From assembly GCA_973895155.1 (NCBI GenBank), contig OZ316892.1, positions 28,296,307-28,360,306 on the forward strand: 64,000 nt of DNA. The letters run 5' to 3'. Both the position numbers and the translations under genes were made by a program. The stretch is from Marsupella aquatica. Taxonomy: Eukaryota; Plantae; Marchantiophyta. The first letter of the stretch is position 1, and the number at the start of each line of letters is the position of its first letter. The notes beneath the pieces were generated by a model, which saw only the letters and a list, made by a program, of their open reading frames with translations, did not search any database and was not told the DNA's origin. Below, one piece after another: positions 1 through 13,494 of this stretch.

Positions 1-1129
1 CATTTCCGCACACAATTGATATCCGTAGCTATGGGTAGGTACTAAAATCGTTGCTTTGTACCAAATGGTCTACTACCACAGAAGTTGGGCCTCCAACTAT
101 GTACATCGACTTTTTTCAGGTTTAACTCTCTGTACAGGCCTACAAAGAAATTCGGCTTTCCTTCACTCTTAATTGTCTTCGGAAAATCCAGAGACTGCAT
201 TTGTCATTCTCATAGCACCCAGACAAAGTGGCATCAGCACAATCCAAATTCTAGCCGAGAGATGAACGTGGGCAGTGTTCAAAACAATCAAGATGCAGGA
301 CATGCATCTACAGTCAAAAGACATGAACGAATCTCTTTAGTTGGTCGTCAGACTGGAGAACTAAACTCTTTCCTACTCATGCTCCCATCGTGCATACCAT
401 ACGGGCAACGATTTAGCTCTTGCTCAGGAATTCTAATCCCTAGGTGACAGATACCAGCCAACGCTGGTTGCTTGCTATGATTTCGGGAATGCATCAGTAG
501 AACTCTCGTGGGAGACTATTGTTGTTGTGAAACTGTTGAACAAAATGCTTCTGCTAATCATCCTCTGATCCTGATGTTGCCACCTATTTAGCTTTTGCTA
601 AGCAATTGTAATTTAAGGTTTCGGACAGCTGATGACCAGTAGACAGATTTCATCCAGCTGAGAAATGTCAGATCCCATCTAAGCGATAGATGTCTTCCAC
701 GATGAATTCTCTTCCTACTCAATCCTAGTATCCGTAACTTATTACTAGCTCTTACTCCAGAATTGTAAAGCGAAGTTGTACGCTGATGCCCAAGTGAACT
801 ATTTCATCAACGTGATTACCGATTCCATGTAGGTTACAGATTTCATCGATGGGCTAGTCCGAGGTATGACACTTTGTTATTGTCGACTATATTTGGTGCA
901 GTGGGTTTGACTCATTCTCTTTAAGGAGTCGTAGTGCACCATCTTAAGTTATGATGTACTCTGCATCAGAACCAGCCCGCTGCCAACACATCGAGCTATA
1001 TGGATTGTAATGAGGGCCGTGAATTTGAAGCTTAGCTTTTCCGTCACACAACTACGGTAAACCGTTGCCATTTCGTCTCTTAACGCATGAGGTAGTGGCG
1101 CTACAGTAGATCTCGTGCAGTGAGTCCAG

Positions 1130-4100
1130 TCACAGGCGAGAAGCTGTTGAATCCAACGTGACTAGAACTTTCCCAATAACTTTGCGATCCATCACTGCTT
1201 CAAATGCAAGATTTGCCTACACAAACATTACAAATTCAACGACACAACATCAGCAACCGCTGTCTTGTTTAGAGCAATTTACGAATGAAAATCAAATAAC
1301 AAAACTCCTGAAGTTGCCCACCTGTGACAGAGGGTACTTGTGAGATATATGGGTGTCGAGTTTCCCCTCAGCTAGCCATCTGAGCAGCTGCTTGAAAGAA
1401 TCCTCCATCACTTGAGGTTGGTGCACTAGATAGCTTCCCCAATATAGTCCATGGACTGTCCAGTTCTGCCACAACAAAAGAAGTTAGGCTGAATGACAAT
1501 AGTTAACGGTTGCCTCGATCCTCCACTGTCACTGCACATATTTCAATCGATGGAGACGAAAACCTTTACACAGCCAAACTTGATACAAAATCAGAATAAA
1601 TTAATTCTTCGTTCAAATTGTTTGAAGCTTCACAGCATGACCTTCCATTAAGTACATTATAGATGCAGATTCGCACATGTGGAGTACAACGTCACGTGTA
1701 CTAAGCTTAAAATTAATCTGAGCACTGCTGGAAATACCCTACTAATCGCAAAAATGGCCCGTAAAAGATTAGATACCTTCACAAGAGTTATATTAGCCGG
1801 AATATTGGGAATCTCTCCACTTGCAAAACCGATGACAAGTATTTGTGCACCCCATTTCAGCAACTTCAAGCTCTCCTTGTGCTGTTTCCCACCCACCGGA
1901 TCGTAAAGGACGTCTACCCCTTTCAGATTCCTTGACTTGAGGAATTCCTGAACTGGTTTAATAATTCCATTTTCACTAGGGTCCAGAACAAAATCTGCCC
2001 CAACCGACTTGAGATGCTCAAGCTTTTCCTTCCCCCTAATATAGAGCAAATATCATAACAAGGCGTCAGAGATTTTTCTCAATAAACGTTTTACATAAGA
2101 TGACCTCCTAGAAAGCTCGTGAGGGAACTCCTGGGGCAAAGATGAACGTCGGTAACTGACGAAAACCTAATTAGTATCCAGACAACATATTAACAAATAC
2201 AATCGATATATATATATATATAGAATGCAGATTCCATAAAGGTAGAGAAAGAGAAAGTGGTTTGTAACGCTCTGCTTACCTCGCAGCAGCAATAACAGTG
2301 GCTCCCATGACTTTCCCAAGCTGCACAGCAGCCAGACCTGTGCCACCGGCAGCTCCTAACACGAGCAAAACCTGGTGTAAAAATTTCTCAAATCAGCTGA
2401 TTTACCATGCCCCTTAAATGCATCAGGAACACTTGTCTCCTCCTACAGATTTGAACTGAATGGATACCTTCAAAGGCAAAGTGGCAGGGGACTATTTAAT
2501 AATAGAAAAATACAAAAGGTCAGGAGCTAAAACAAAACTTAGACGTGACTTAAAATTCAGAAACGATGATATCAAGTCAGATAACGCTGGAGACAAACTC
2601 CTCATAGATGCAGGGAAAGGAAAATGAAGAAGACAGACAATTTTGTGCATGATAGTCACTGTCAGAGGGAGAATCAGAAACACCCACACTTTTGACAAGG
2701 ATAACTCCAAGGATTTTAGAAGAAGGCAGAGGGATAACCTGGCCAGGTCGGAGTTTTGCACGGTGAGCAAGAGCAACATGGGAAGTTCCGAAAACTACGG
2801 GAAAACCTCCAGCAGCAACCAAATCACACCCAGGTGGTACAATTAGCCTGCAAACCCCCATCCCATCCATAATAAGGAGCTTCTCAAACATATTTTCTCT
2901 TTGCCAAACCTATTTGAGTCTCCAGACATGTGCGAAACATTTCTTGGATAGTGCTTTCTTGGGAATTCATCATCGGCCTTGGTTTTATAACAGCATGTAA
3001 GCCTTCTCCCGTGTATGAGGCGATTACAAGGCATTCATACAGAATATCCGTTCATTATGGTGTATATTTCAACATGCACGCACAGACAGTATCCAGTTGA
3101 GCTTTACAGGTGTAAGCTCATTTCCAGAGTCCCAACTGTGGTGTGGAAAATGAAGCTCAAAGTATGCTAGAGCAAAACGAAGCATTCTTAGGGGGAACAG
3201 AAAAACTGATTGGCTATACACAAAATAATTGATATAGGTCTTGTTTAGACCCTCATTTTAGTACGTAGGATGTGAGATGGAACATTAAGGGTGATCTACC
3301 CTATACCCTTCATATCTCTCCTGTTTCAGATGGTATACACACGTTTGAAAAGGATTGTGTCATGAGCCGTGGCAGGCATGTTCACCCGATAGTCTGGAAA
3401 CAGAGAGGGGTCAACTGGTAATGCAACGGCTACAAATGCCAGCATCTGCAAAGCTAAAGAAGTGAGCTGATTGGGGACCTGCCCTAGATTATGAAGCTTA
3501 TTCATTCAAATTGAAGAGTACCTGGAATGGAAGGCAACGAACGAGTAGAAAAGTGAGAGATAAAGGGAGATCAAGAAGCTGAAATCGTGAGAGCAAATTG
3601 CAGGACCAACTGTAACTGTGAATTTAATTTTCGAAAACCCTAGAGATGACGTAAACTCATGCTCCCAGAGATATGGAATTTGTCAATCTGGAAACATGCA
3701 AAAGCTCCCTAGAATTGAAGATTTAAGCTTCCTGGCTATCATAGAATCCACTCCTTGAACTTGAATTATATCCCTCTACGGAAAGGCCAAGGTTTGGTCT
3801 GGCATCTCAGAAAGAACTGGCTTGTTAAACGTACAAGAAAGTCGCTCAATGATTGTAACGAATTGCGGTTTTGTCAAGGGATTTGTTCATTCAGACTTTT
3901 CTGGTACATAAGTAGCTCCGAATTGCAAGAAATTCATACTTCATGGACATCTACAGTAGAGTCCAGGGAATGACCATACGATTCACACAATTAGCCGATT
4001 TGCCGCCAGCGGAAATAAGAGAGAAGGATAGAGAGGGGACAGTACAGATGCTGTTGCTCGGCAACAAACTCCTCAGCGAAGCTCCCATAATTGACGAACC

Positions 4101-4401
4101 CACAAACGGGGTCACCCACCTTCACTCTAGTCACCTTCTCTCCAATCTCCGTCACAATTCCCGAAAAATCCCCCCCGGGAACGAATGGCAGCTTGGGCTT
4201 CTCTTGATAGAGGCCCTGCAGCGTCAGCACGGTGGAGAAATTCACACTGCTAGCCTTAACCTGTACTCTCACGGATGTGGGCGTTGCAAGCACGGGTCGG
4301 GGCCATGATGTCTCCTCAACTGGACACCTCTCGTCGGAGAGAGGAAGCCTCGGATTGCCCAGCTTTCTCACAACCAGAGCTCGAATTGTTTCTCCACCCA
4401 T
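1130..4401 (-). CDS. Zinc-independent medium-chain dehydrogenase/reductase (zeta-crystallin/NADPH:quinone oxidoreductase-like), probably peroxisomal; 6 exons
   Basis: Exons 4401-4046, 2847-2739, 2371-2280, 2035-1777, 1465-1322 and 1216-1130 join in frame through GT-AG introns. GroES-like N-terminus (VNFST...LPFVPGGDFSG), Rossmann motif VLGAAGGTG, GVDVLYDPVGG, IGFASG, GKVLV. Ends ...TASRL* (PTS1). Confidence 0.93.
2206..2222. repeat. (AT)n microsatellite in intron
   Basis: atatatatatatatata seen directly. Confidence 0.8.
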
Positions 4402-5399
4402 CTCGATTAAAAATGGTTACAGATCTGGCACCTCTGTTGTTGACAAATTTCAACTTCTCCTCGCCACAGTCAAGCTCGAATCGGCTGTCAGCTCATGAGA
4501 GTTTGTAATGTTGGCAGATTTGGTGAGGACACGCAGAGCAGAGCAGAGCAAAATGCAGCTCAGGTTGAAGGAATCTGCTGGAGGACTAAATGAAAGTCCC
4601 AACGGCGAATAGCACGAGGTTTGGTGCTGAGGTGGACACTTGTATTCAAAACGTTAAACCACAACTGCCAGTATAGCAGCCTTTCTGGTAAATGTGTACA
4701 TTAACCCATGGTTTGGTTACTATGGACCAGAAAGTGAGTAAATGCTAACCGTGCAGAGAAGTTATTCTGAGCTTAATGGTAACAAGTTTCAAACTATAAC
4801 TTCCAGCCCAAACACTATCATACATAATACCTGTCCAGAAAAAATAACTACCACGTAAGACTTTCCGGGCACAATTATATATGGAAATGGTAGCACCCAC
4901 ACCAATACAAAGAAAAAAGTACACTAAAGTTTATGCACATTAAAAGGCAACACTATGTCAGGGACATGTCCCCACATGTTGGATGACATTTCATACCACC
5001 ATGAACCCAATTGTTTTCAATTGTTATCTGAGTGAGTGTTGTTCCTTCTACATATATGCTTGCAAAGTGCAAACTATGAGTCACGAGTCATACCTATATT
5101 GGACAATAACAGAGTGTTGAGTATTGATCACATTCAGCATGGATTGCCCATAATCATCAAACAATCAACTAGTCGACACAGAGAGATATGTGGTTCACCT
5201 TCACATGAGGCTACGTCCACCGGAACACACAAGAGCCTTATTGCACTCTAGGCCAACCGGCCATACCAAGCATGCACAGACTCTACATATCTCTCAACTA
5301 GCTCCGTAACAATGAGCCTGAGTTCCCACTCTCCAAGCAAACACCGCTTGGGTATAGTGTGTGCACAACATGACTAACCTAACCTAGTCTGCAACTAAG

Positions 5400-5695
5400 C
5401 TCGGGGGTTTCACTTCCACAAAAATGGCATATCACGTGCGACGAAGGATAGGGTCATTTTATTGGTTCTAAGGGAAGACTTAAGAATTTTTGTAGAAGAA
5501 CAATAGGGTCTTTTAAATTCAATTTTGAGACTTATAAGAACATTATGGTCTTTTTAATCCAATTTTTAGAATATTCCAAGAATATTCCAACTTTATAGGG
5601 GTTAAAAAATAATTTTTTTTCTTACATTTTAGGGGGTCCCAGGCCTCAAAACGTCGCAGGCGATGGGGAGGTCCCCATATAGTGAGACCCCCGAG
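5400..5695. mobile_element. MITE (~296 bp) with 15-bp TIRs and 8-bp TSD
   Basis: TIRs CTCGGGGGTTTCACT (5400-5414) and AGTGAGACCCCCGAG (5681-5695), 14/15 match. TSD CAACTAAG at 5392-5399 and 5696-5703. AT-rich non-coding interior; related copies elsewhere in the window. Confidence 0.9.
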
Positions 5696-5852
5696 CAACT
5701 AAGATTAGCCCTAACTATAGTACAATCATAACTCTAGACCTAAGAATAAATCTGACAGAGAAAAGCAAAGCATTTTTGTGTTTCACAAAGGACTTGCACA
5801 AGACCTAGGGGATCACCATGGATGCATGCTAATGAATATCTGCATATATGTA

Positions 5853-5857
<5 letters not shown>

Positions 5858-5901
<44 letters not shown>
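5858..5901. repeat. (CT)n microsatellite
   Basis: About 22 uninterrupted TC units. Confidence 0.95.
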
Positions 5902-5904
<3 letters not shown>

Positions 5905-6208
5905 CTACGTGAAAACCAAGACAATACCATGACCTCATCACATCAGGGTAGGCCACATGACATGCACTATGACTGTAGACATACCCCCTATCACCTAACA
6001 CAGGGATACAGTTAAAATCCAGAATAAGCAGGCCCTGTAAACTACCCGATATAATCCTATGGCCACTAGAGCCATTGATTTATTCCCAACACATCTAGGC
6101 CACACAACACAAATAGATGGTAAAGCACATAACCTAAAATGCAGGCCAAGGTAGCGGTGCTACTAAGTCCAGCCATCCAGCCAATTGAAGATATACAAAG
6201 CTTAAATT

Positions 6209-6690
6209 TGTCGTGCGCATACACATCGCTACACAACATACTTCGCTTGTCAAATACATCCAGACATAGTCACATTGCCACATCACAAACACAAGATAGT
6301 GGAATACAAGTGGAACTCATGTCCACACATGATTGTCCAAAACCCACAATAATCTTCACAACAATCTGCACAACAATCATGGTCAACAATACCCCATCGA
6401 TCCCGCACCGATACGATCACACACATATGTCAAGCCAACGCACCTTGCACTACTCAAGGAATCCACGTTGTACAAGTGGAGCTCACAGCCACCATAGACA
6501 CACTCAAGCTCCTCTCTCCGACCAACTAAGGCTCAACATTGAAAGATAACCTTTCAATGCCTCACAAGAGAGAATTACCCTCTCACACAAACCTAACGGA
6601 ACCTTATCGGCTCATATAAAACACATACCAAACATACAGATCTAGATAGTACAATACACTCTAACACTACCTAGAATGGTGTCAGTGACA
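6209..6690 (-). mobile_element. 482-bp non-coding derivative (solo-LTR-like) of the Gypsy-DNMT element
   Basis: 6209-6350 matches 30112-30249 and 6350-6690 matches ~38186-38515. Ends TGTCG...GTGACA. TSD AATT at 6205-6208 and 6691-6694. Confidence 0.9.
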
Positions 6691-7619
6691 AATTTCTCTG
6701 GAGACATTTTATAAGGTGAGGAGCGAACATCCTATGGGAAGCAGAGACTAACATGCATGGCAGAGTAAAGGGACACACTGCATTGGCAAGGAGATCATGG
6801 GACTAGCAGCCCAGGCCAAGGATTGAGGACTGTTGAATCAACACGGCATTAATCAGGCAATTGTGGCTCAATGGGAACCCTACCAAATCAGGTGCTAGCC
6901 TATACTTTTACAGCAGATGTTGCTTCTTCTTTTCTATTCCACTCACAAAATTTACAAGAATGATGTATTGGTGTGCATAAATAGAATGTTGAAGTTAATA
7001 GTAAAAAGGAACATGACAAGGCATGGAGGACTCGACTTTTTTCGACCCATGTCTCCCTGCAGCCGTCTAGACATTGCTGTAGAAACATGGGACTATAAAT
7101 TGTGTCTATCAAAGCACAATCTCAATCCAGTGGCGGGGGCTGAATGAAGACACTGGATTTGTGAATGGAAACAGTCAGTCCATTCCCGGTAAAAGAATAT
7201 GGTCTATGCTCAATGTTGTGGACACATCGTTTGAGTAAGACTGTCACCAAGTAGAACTCAGTATTGAAAGATACTCAGCTAAGCAAATGTCTATCTAGTT
7301 GTTTTGAAAATGGGCAGTTTTACATAAAAGCGGTTATACGGAATAAGCATGTATCACTGCCATGGTTAACAAACGTCCACAGTATCAAAACTTGTATGTG
7401 TGAATGTATGATCAATACTCTGTATGTGATTGATCCAGTGTACACTAAACCAGGACTTGCAGTTCTTGATAAGTGCAAAACCCTCATTTTTGCACTTATT
7501 GATTAGTGTGCATGATTCAAATCCCTTTGTAATCCTTTGTTTGTGGGTGTGAGCAGTCTTGTGGCTCAAAATGCAAATCATGTATCCTTGCCATAAAAAT
7601 GGTTTCTTGCTCCAAGAAG

Positions 7620-8875
7620 TTTTTACTTTACTAGAATTTTGCATGTGTTTATCAGAAAATGTACAATTGTACACTTAATGAGTGGTTTTCGCAAATATAA
7701 AGTTGTTGTTTAGTGAATGCCTCCAGGCCTGTTTGCACTTAGAAAAGGTGCAAAAAAATTTGCAAACTAGGTAGAGTTAAGAGAAGACATAACTCCTTGC
7801 ACTTGTAGATTTTGCACACACAGAGTAAACTGTACATGTAGTGTAGCGTGGGGCAAGAATTTAAGAGGGGTCAACATTAGATTCTGTTTTATTTTTAATT
7901 TAAATTGTATTTGTTCATTTTCAAAATAACAACATCCCATTGAAACTAAAGCCAGATGTCCCTCCACTTTGTCTATGAAACCCAGATAGACTGGCAAAGA
8001 AAATTTAAACTGACTCAGATAACACTATTTACACTTTTGATTGAAAAGTGACTTGTAAGCTGTCTCCTTATCATTTGTAGCCGGTTTCAATTGCGTTACC
8101 GATCTGGTTTTCTCGGCAATTTGACAACTTGACTACCTTGAATCTGAAAGTCATGCCGTTACTTAGGTCACCATACCATCTTGACTACTTTCTCCCCAAG
8201 GTGGTCAAAGTAGTGAACTGTGATCTGCAACCGGTTCTTTTTTCTTCTTGGTGTAAAAACTATGATCGCTTCACGCACATTCTATGGGCATATATGGGTA
8301 GGGACAATGTCTCCGTCCATCCGGGCTTTAATTTGTTTCACATTCCATTTGTAGATCTTGTTGAAGAGAGCTATTGTATGATGCAAAAGCAAACAGGAAT
8401 TTTGGTAGTGAAGAGACTCTTGCTAGAGAGCCACTGTCTAACGTTTTATTTTTATTTTTGCACACTTTTATATTTTTAGTGCATTTTTAAGACTCCAAAT
8501 GGCTAGCTGCCAGTTTGCTAGCCAAAAGAGTCCCCAAATTGGATTGTAATACACTAACTAGGTTTTGGCTAGCCAGGGAGTAACTTTGCTACTGTAGTGG
8601 GGTTTTTTACTGATAACAATAAATTTTTACTTTTTTGAAAAAGTCAGAGCGGGCTGGAACCCACACACAACACCCAGGGGGACAAAGGCAGCCCCACGCT
8701 AGAGCCAGAAGGCCCAACCCAACAGAAGAAAACAAACCAACTAATCCGCCCAGGAGGCCCTAAGTAACCACCAGGTGTTAAGGAAAACAGGTCCCTGTGG
8801 CCATCACTCCAGCCTATCTCCACACAACTAGTAGTGCTCAACCAGTCCTGTCAGTCCAAAAGAAATACTCTTTTT
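7620..8875. repeat. Duplicated intergenic block (copy A); partner at 22380-23540 plus 39078-39190
   Basis: Long near-identical stretches, e.g. ctagaattttgcatg..., gactccaaatggctagctgc..., ccaaaagaaatactctttt. Confidence 0.9.
8630..8850 (-). mobile_element. 5'-truncated LINE/SINE 3' tail
   Basis: Minus strand has gggcctcctgggcggattagttggt, resembling the LINE 3' UTR near 38750 (gggctccctggcctgattagctgggt), and ends in an A-rich tail. Confidence 0.45.
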
Positions 8876-10885
8876 GTTTGTGACTAAAACCAATGATGTT
8901 GCTCCTTATGCTTCCAGGAATTTTGGGAGTAACTTCACATAGGGTCAATAATGAACATACCCATTTCAATATTTAATGGATAATCCTAAATTAAAACTCA
9001 ACAAAAGCTCAGCAATTTAAGTGTCAACTCATAAATGGCTAAAACTTAACTTGCAATCTCAAACTTCTAGAATCTCAAATACAAAGAAGGATGGGTCAAA
9101 TGATCCTTATAGAAATATAAATCTCAAATAATTAATGCAATCAAAGTTATTGGCATTATATCTCATAATGCCCTCTAACCAGGATATTATACTATTCAAA
9201 ATAGCCTATAAAAAATTTTATTGTGCAATATTTACGGACCCCACTAGAGGTTCCTTCCAAAATTCCTGGCACCACAGCGTGCCACGTCAACAACAACCGC
9301 AACAAACAAGACTCGTCGGTTTTGTGAATCAAACTTACAGTTTTCATTTGTGTTTGTGTCAATTTGGGTGTAAATTTTGGGATGCCGTGCCGTAAAAAAA
9401 AAAGTAAAAACATTGGAAATGCAAAGAGCAAGACGGTTAAAACTGTCACTATGTAACCGTTTTCGTTACATTTCCAATTTTGAAACTTAAATTCAAAGAT
9501 TTATAAAAAGTATTTTTCATATAATAAAAAATGACTAATAACTAACTTGATAACTTCCTTGTTAAACTGCAACTCCCGGTATGTAAGGACCTCTCGTATT
9601 GTACGGCCATTAATGTTGGGAAGAGCATATAGAAACCCAGGATGGGGAGGAGGAATGGCTGGAATCTTGAAAGTTCATTGAATTTTATACTCAAAATTAT
9701 TTACTCATTCTCAAAACAAAAAATACCCAGTCGTAGATCTCATTGAGATCTTTCTTTTGCACCCTAGATTGCCTTCTAACATGGATGAATAAGATTTCTA
9801 GAGGCATTACAAAATGGACGGCAAAGATCATAAAATCAACAAAATCGACGACTAGGAAAGCTTGGATTTGTTAATTTTTCATTTGAAAAATATTAACCCA
9901 TTTGCAAAACGGACTAAACCCATCCATAAATCTATTTGAGATCTTTCTTTTGAGCCATAGATTGGCCATTATGATGGACGGACTAGATTTCCGGAGATAA
10001 GAAATGGAGATGGCTCAGATCGACTCTTCCCCCTGATTTTATTAGCCAAGGAGTCCATGAACTAATTTTCTTTATATCTATTTACAATTACAAGGGTTTC
10101 GGGCTACTGGTGACCAAGTTGGCAATTGCCAAGGAGTTAACACCACACCCCCCCCCCCACACACCCAATATGACAACGGGTCAAACGAACAATGGGAGAT
10201 GTTTTTGGGCCAATCGAAAGATGACAGAAAATGCTAAATTTCTGCAAATGGCTAGTATTTCTTCCGCCACGATGACAGTTCGTAAATAGACACTCCAAAG
10301 ATAATTTCTTCCCGCCAAGATGGCCATTCGTGAAGAGACACACCACGATGATAATTCAAGCAAAACGACACACAAGGATCGGGACTGTGTAGATAGATTA
10401 CAGTGCACTGTAGATTGGCTCAGAAACGGAGGGAAGGCGTTTGGCCAGGCAGGGCGGGACTAAAGACTAGGGCTTTCCCACTGAATTCTCGGGATGGGCT
10501 CTGCAATCGTACCAATTCTGTGTTGCTGCGATTATCTGAAATTAAGGTGAGCTCATGACTCTTCTCCACCTCGAGTGATTTCTCAATGCAGACTGCGCGC
10601 GGCATGGAGGTGCGCGCTTTCCTATTGCAACTTGCAAACTGCAAACATTGGTGAAATAAGCATCGCAGCCCTTTTGGGTTCCACCATCCATAGCCGTTTC
10701 CTGAACTGCACTGCGAGTCGTAGATCACTCGTCAGAGTCTCACCCCGCAGGCTGAAGTGGTGGATCCTTTCCCTCTTACAACCGGGCTTACAACTCCCCG
10801 AATTGACGAAGCACCCCTCCGCAATATATATTACTGGAGCTGACGGAGGCTGCATTCGTCGTTGTGGTTTCAATCCTTCGCCGGC

Positions 10886-12328
10886 ATGGCTCCCTCCGAG
10901 TCGGAGCGCTGCCCATGTGGAGAACGTGCTTGTGCCGGCAATTGGCCTTGGTTTCCCTTAACGAAAATGGACTTGGCGGAATGCTCTCGTGCAAATTCCA
11001 CACGCATGAGGCAATCCGAGGACGACGAAGTGCGCTCTGATCGAGGCACAGTGTTGGCTGAGGGCATTTGGGGTACCCTGCATGACTCTCTTCTAGAAAA
11101 GATAATCGCCATGCTGCCAATGAAGTCCATCTTCCAGGCTGCATTACTCTCGAAATCATGGAGGCTTAATTTCCACTCTCACTCGTTTCAGAGTGAGATA
11201 CAAAGGTCAGCCGCGGCCTCATGGAAGGCTTATGCTCCCGTGTACGTGAGCGACAGGAAGGAATTAGTGGGGTATGAAAGCAGTTCCCAACGTTGGCATG
11301 TTCTTCCAAACCACTGGTATCTAGAGCATCATGTGCTGGACCGCTGGAACCTCAGGGCTGCGGCGGGACCTCTTTTGTGTTGGACGAGTGCAGAAGCTAC
11401 GGCAGGACCTCTTTTGTGTTGGACGAGTCCAGATCCCCTCTGGCAGAAACTTACTGATGCAATTGATGGTGGACTGCATGAATATTATGTTTTTGTCACA
11501 AATCCATTGACAAGAAGGTGGAGACAATTGCCAACTCGCCCCGACATGCAAAACCCTGACCTTGTGTGTGTGGTTTGTGAAGGAACTGAAGCTTACAAGG
11601 TGATGCTAGTTTCACTTAAGCCTAATCTCTGTGTGCAGATCTTTGACTCTATCAGTGGCGCTTGGACTTTGGACTCCCAGGATGCATTTGCTGCTCAAGA
11701 CGTGGGTCCTATTTTCTTCATAGATGGTGTGCTATATATGATTCTCTTGTCAACGTCATGGTGTACAACATGTCAACTAGTTTCTTTCGATGTGAAAGAG
11801 AATATGTGGACGGAAATCCCTCATCTACGCAACGGCAGGGAGAGTGACCACCCGTTAGATCGGTACTCGTTCGAGGGTGTTCATTTCTGCAAAGTTTGCG
11901 TCTGTGGGCCCAAAGTGATGCTGGTGGTGTCCCATATGGACAAGTTCGTCCAATCTGAGGATGGTGGGTTCGTACATCCTGAGGATGTTGAGTTCGTCCA
12001 TCCTGAGGATGATGAATGGTTTTCGGAGAAAGTCTCTGTGTTTGAATTAGACCTGGACTGTGGCATGGTTATTGAGGTATCTACAGCCCCAGAGGAGATG
12101 ACCAATTTGGTTGTTTATTTTAGCGATGCGACTGGTCATGGGGACTGCATATATGTTTATGCTGATATGCACAGGCGTGCGCCAATAGTCTACAATGTGC
12201 GGACTAAAGAGTGGCACTGGATAATTGATGCACCAGCTAGACTAACGTTAAGACCTACTAAGGATTTCCAGTGGATGTCGACAAGTATCACGTACCAGCC
12301 TGGGTTGCATCCTTTTCTGGAAGTTTGA
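10886..12328 (+). CDS. Intronless F-box protein with C-terminal beta-propeller-like (FBA/kelch-type) region
   Basis: Open ORF of ~480 aa. F-box motif IWGTLHDSLLEKIIAMLPMKSIFQAALLSKSWR, plus VTNPLTRRWRQLP, QIFDSISGAW and VSFDVKENMW repeats typical of plant F-box proteins. Start codon uncertain (10886 or a later ATG). Confidence 0.88.
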   Translation: MAPSESERCPCGERACAGNWPWFPLTKMDLAECSRANSTRMRQSEDDEVRSDRGTVLAEGIWGTLHDSLLEKIIAMLPMKSIFQAALLSKSWRLNFHSHSFQSEIQRSAAASWKAYAPVYVSDRKELVGYESSSQRWHVLPNHWYLEHHVLDRWNLRAAAGPLLCWTSAEATAGPLLCWTSPDPLWQKLTDAIDGGLHEYYVFVTNPLTRRWRQLPTRPDMQNPDLVCVVCEGTEAYKVMLVSLKPNLCVQIFDSISGAWTLDSQDAFAAQDVGPIFFIDGVLYMILLSTSWCTTCQLVSFDVKENMWTEIPHLRNGRESDHPLDRYSFEGVHFCKVCVCGPKVMLVVSHMDKFVQSEDGGFVHPEDVEFVHPEDDEWFSEKVSVFELDLDCGMVIEVSTAPEEMTNLVVYFSDATGHGDCIYVYADMHRRAPIVYNVRTKEWHWIIDAPARLTLRPTKDFQWMSTSITYQPGLHPFLEV

Positions 12329-13494
12329 TTTCTATTTGGTCCAAAGTATTAGGGAGTAACGATAACGTCTGGTAAGCGGCTAATGGAAAGAGGTACAGTA
12401 GATGTACAATTGGGATGTGCTCTTTTTCCCACTCGTGGTTGAGTCTGCTTTAGAGTCCATCAACAGTGTGGCATATTCTGAGAAAGTGAAGTCGTAGCTT
12501 TCGCAAACAAAAGCTCCCATGATAGGCACAATCAAGCTATAATGTAACAAACTACGATTTTGAGAATTAAAAGTGGACAAACAATTAGCTACTGAGATAT
12601 CGGGTTACCTTTTTCCTGCACTCTTTAGGTCTGATGGAGTCCTAGTACGTAGAAGATTTTGAAATCCAATGTGGATAAAGGAGATCGACGGGGAATCCAA
12701 CATTCACTGTCTAATAGGATTGCTCTCTGATGTCACCATCTGGCCTGAAGACAACCTAGAGCCTGAAGACAACCGAGAGCCACTAAGAGTATTTTACCTT
12801 CATCGCTGGACTACTTTTGGATCGACGGCAATCTCCAATTTTGATGCTCGGATTGTGTACAACGTATCGCACCAATAAATTATATAGTAGAGACTTCAGG
12901 ATGGAGATCGACAAATTTTGTTTTCTTGTTCTGTCTGGCGTCTGTTATGACCTTCTGGCCTCTGGCCAATTTCATGTCATCGAAGATAATTTACCTTACG
13001 GGAGAGGCAAAACAAGCTAAATAAACAATAAACACTCACGTCTAAACAACCGAGAAGATCATAAAGAAAGAGATCATACAAATTAATGGAAAGTACCTTA
13101 AGGCATATATTCATGATAGCATCTGACTAGCCCGCTGACTCGAAGATCACTTGAACAAACTTGGCACAACCAGTCTTATGTCTGTGGTTCCAGAGGCGAC
13201 ACTAAATACTTTAACCAAAGAAGCGAACAATGAACTTGCAGAATGGTTGAGGAGCTATATACTGTACAACCTGTGTACTATAATAGAATAATACTAGACG
13301 TGACCAAACTAGGAATTCATGAAGGTTCATCGGGAGGTCCCAACAGCACTACAGAGGTCGACTGTGAACGTAGTGCCTAAAGAGCGATTCATAAAGAATG
13401 ATAACTAATAGCTCGATCAAGCAGCTTGGGATCAAAGTGTGCTCCTAAGTAAGTTTGCAATGTTTAATCAGGCGCCCCAAATAATAAATCTAGT

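Noticed and set aside
6139-6549. 136-aa ORF similar to the end of the 353-aa ORF
   Set aside because: The similarity only reflects shared non-coding element ends, and the ORF starts outside the element
6209-6690. Ordinary solo LTR
   Set aside because: The full element does not carry this unit at both ends; each end has only a complementary part. Kept as an alternative pending other copies.
9230-10080. DNA-transposon-like AT-rich remnant (gtagatctcattgagatct motifs)
   Set aside because: No TIR or TSD could be defined
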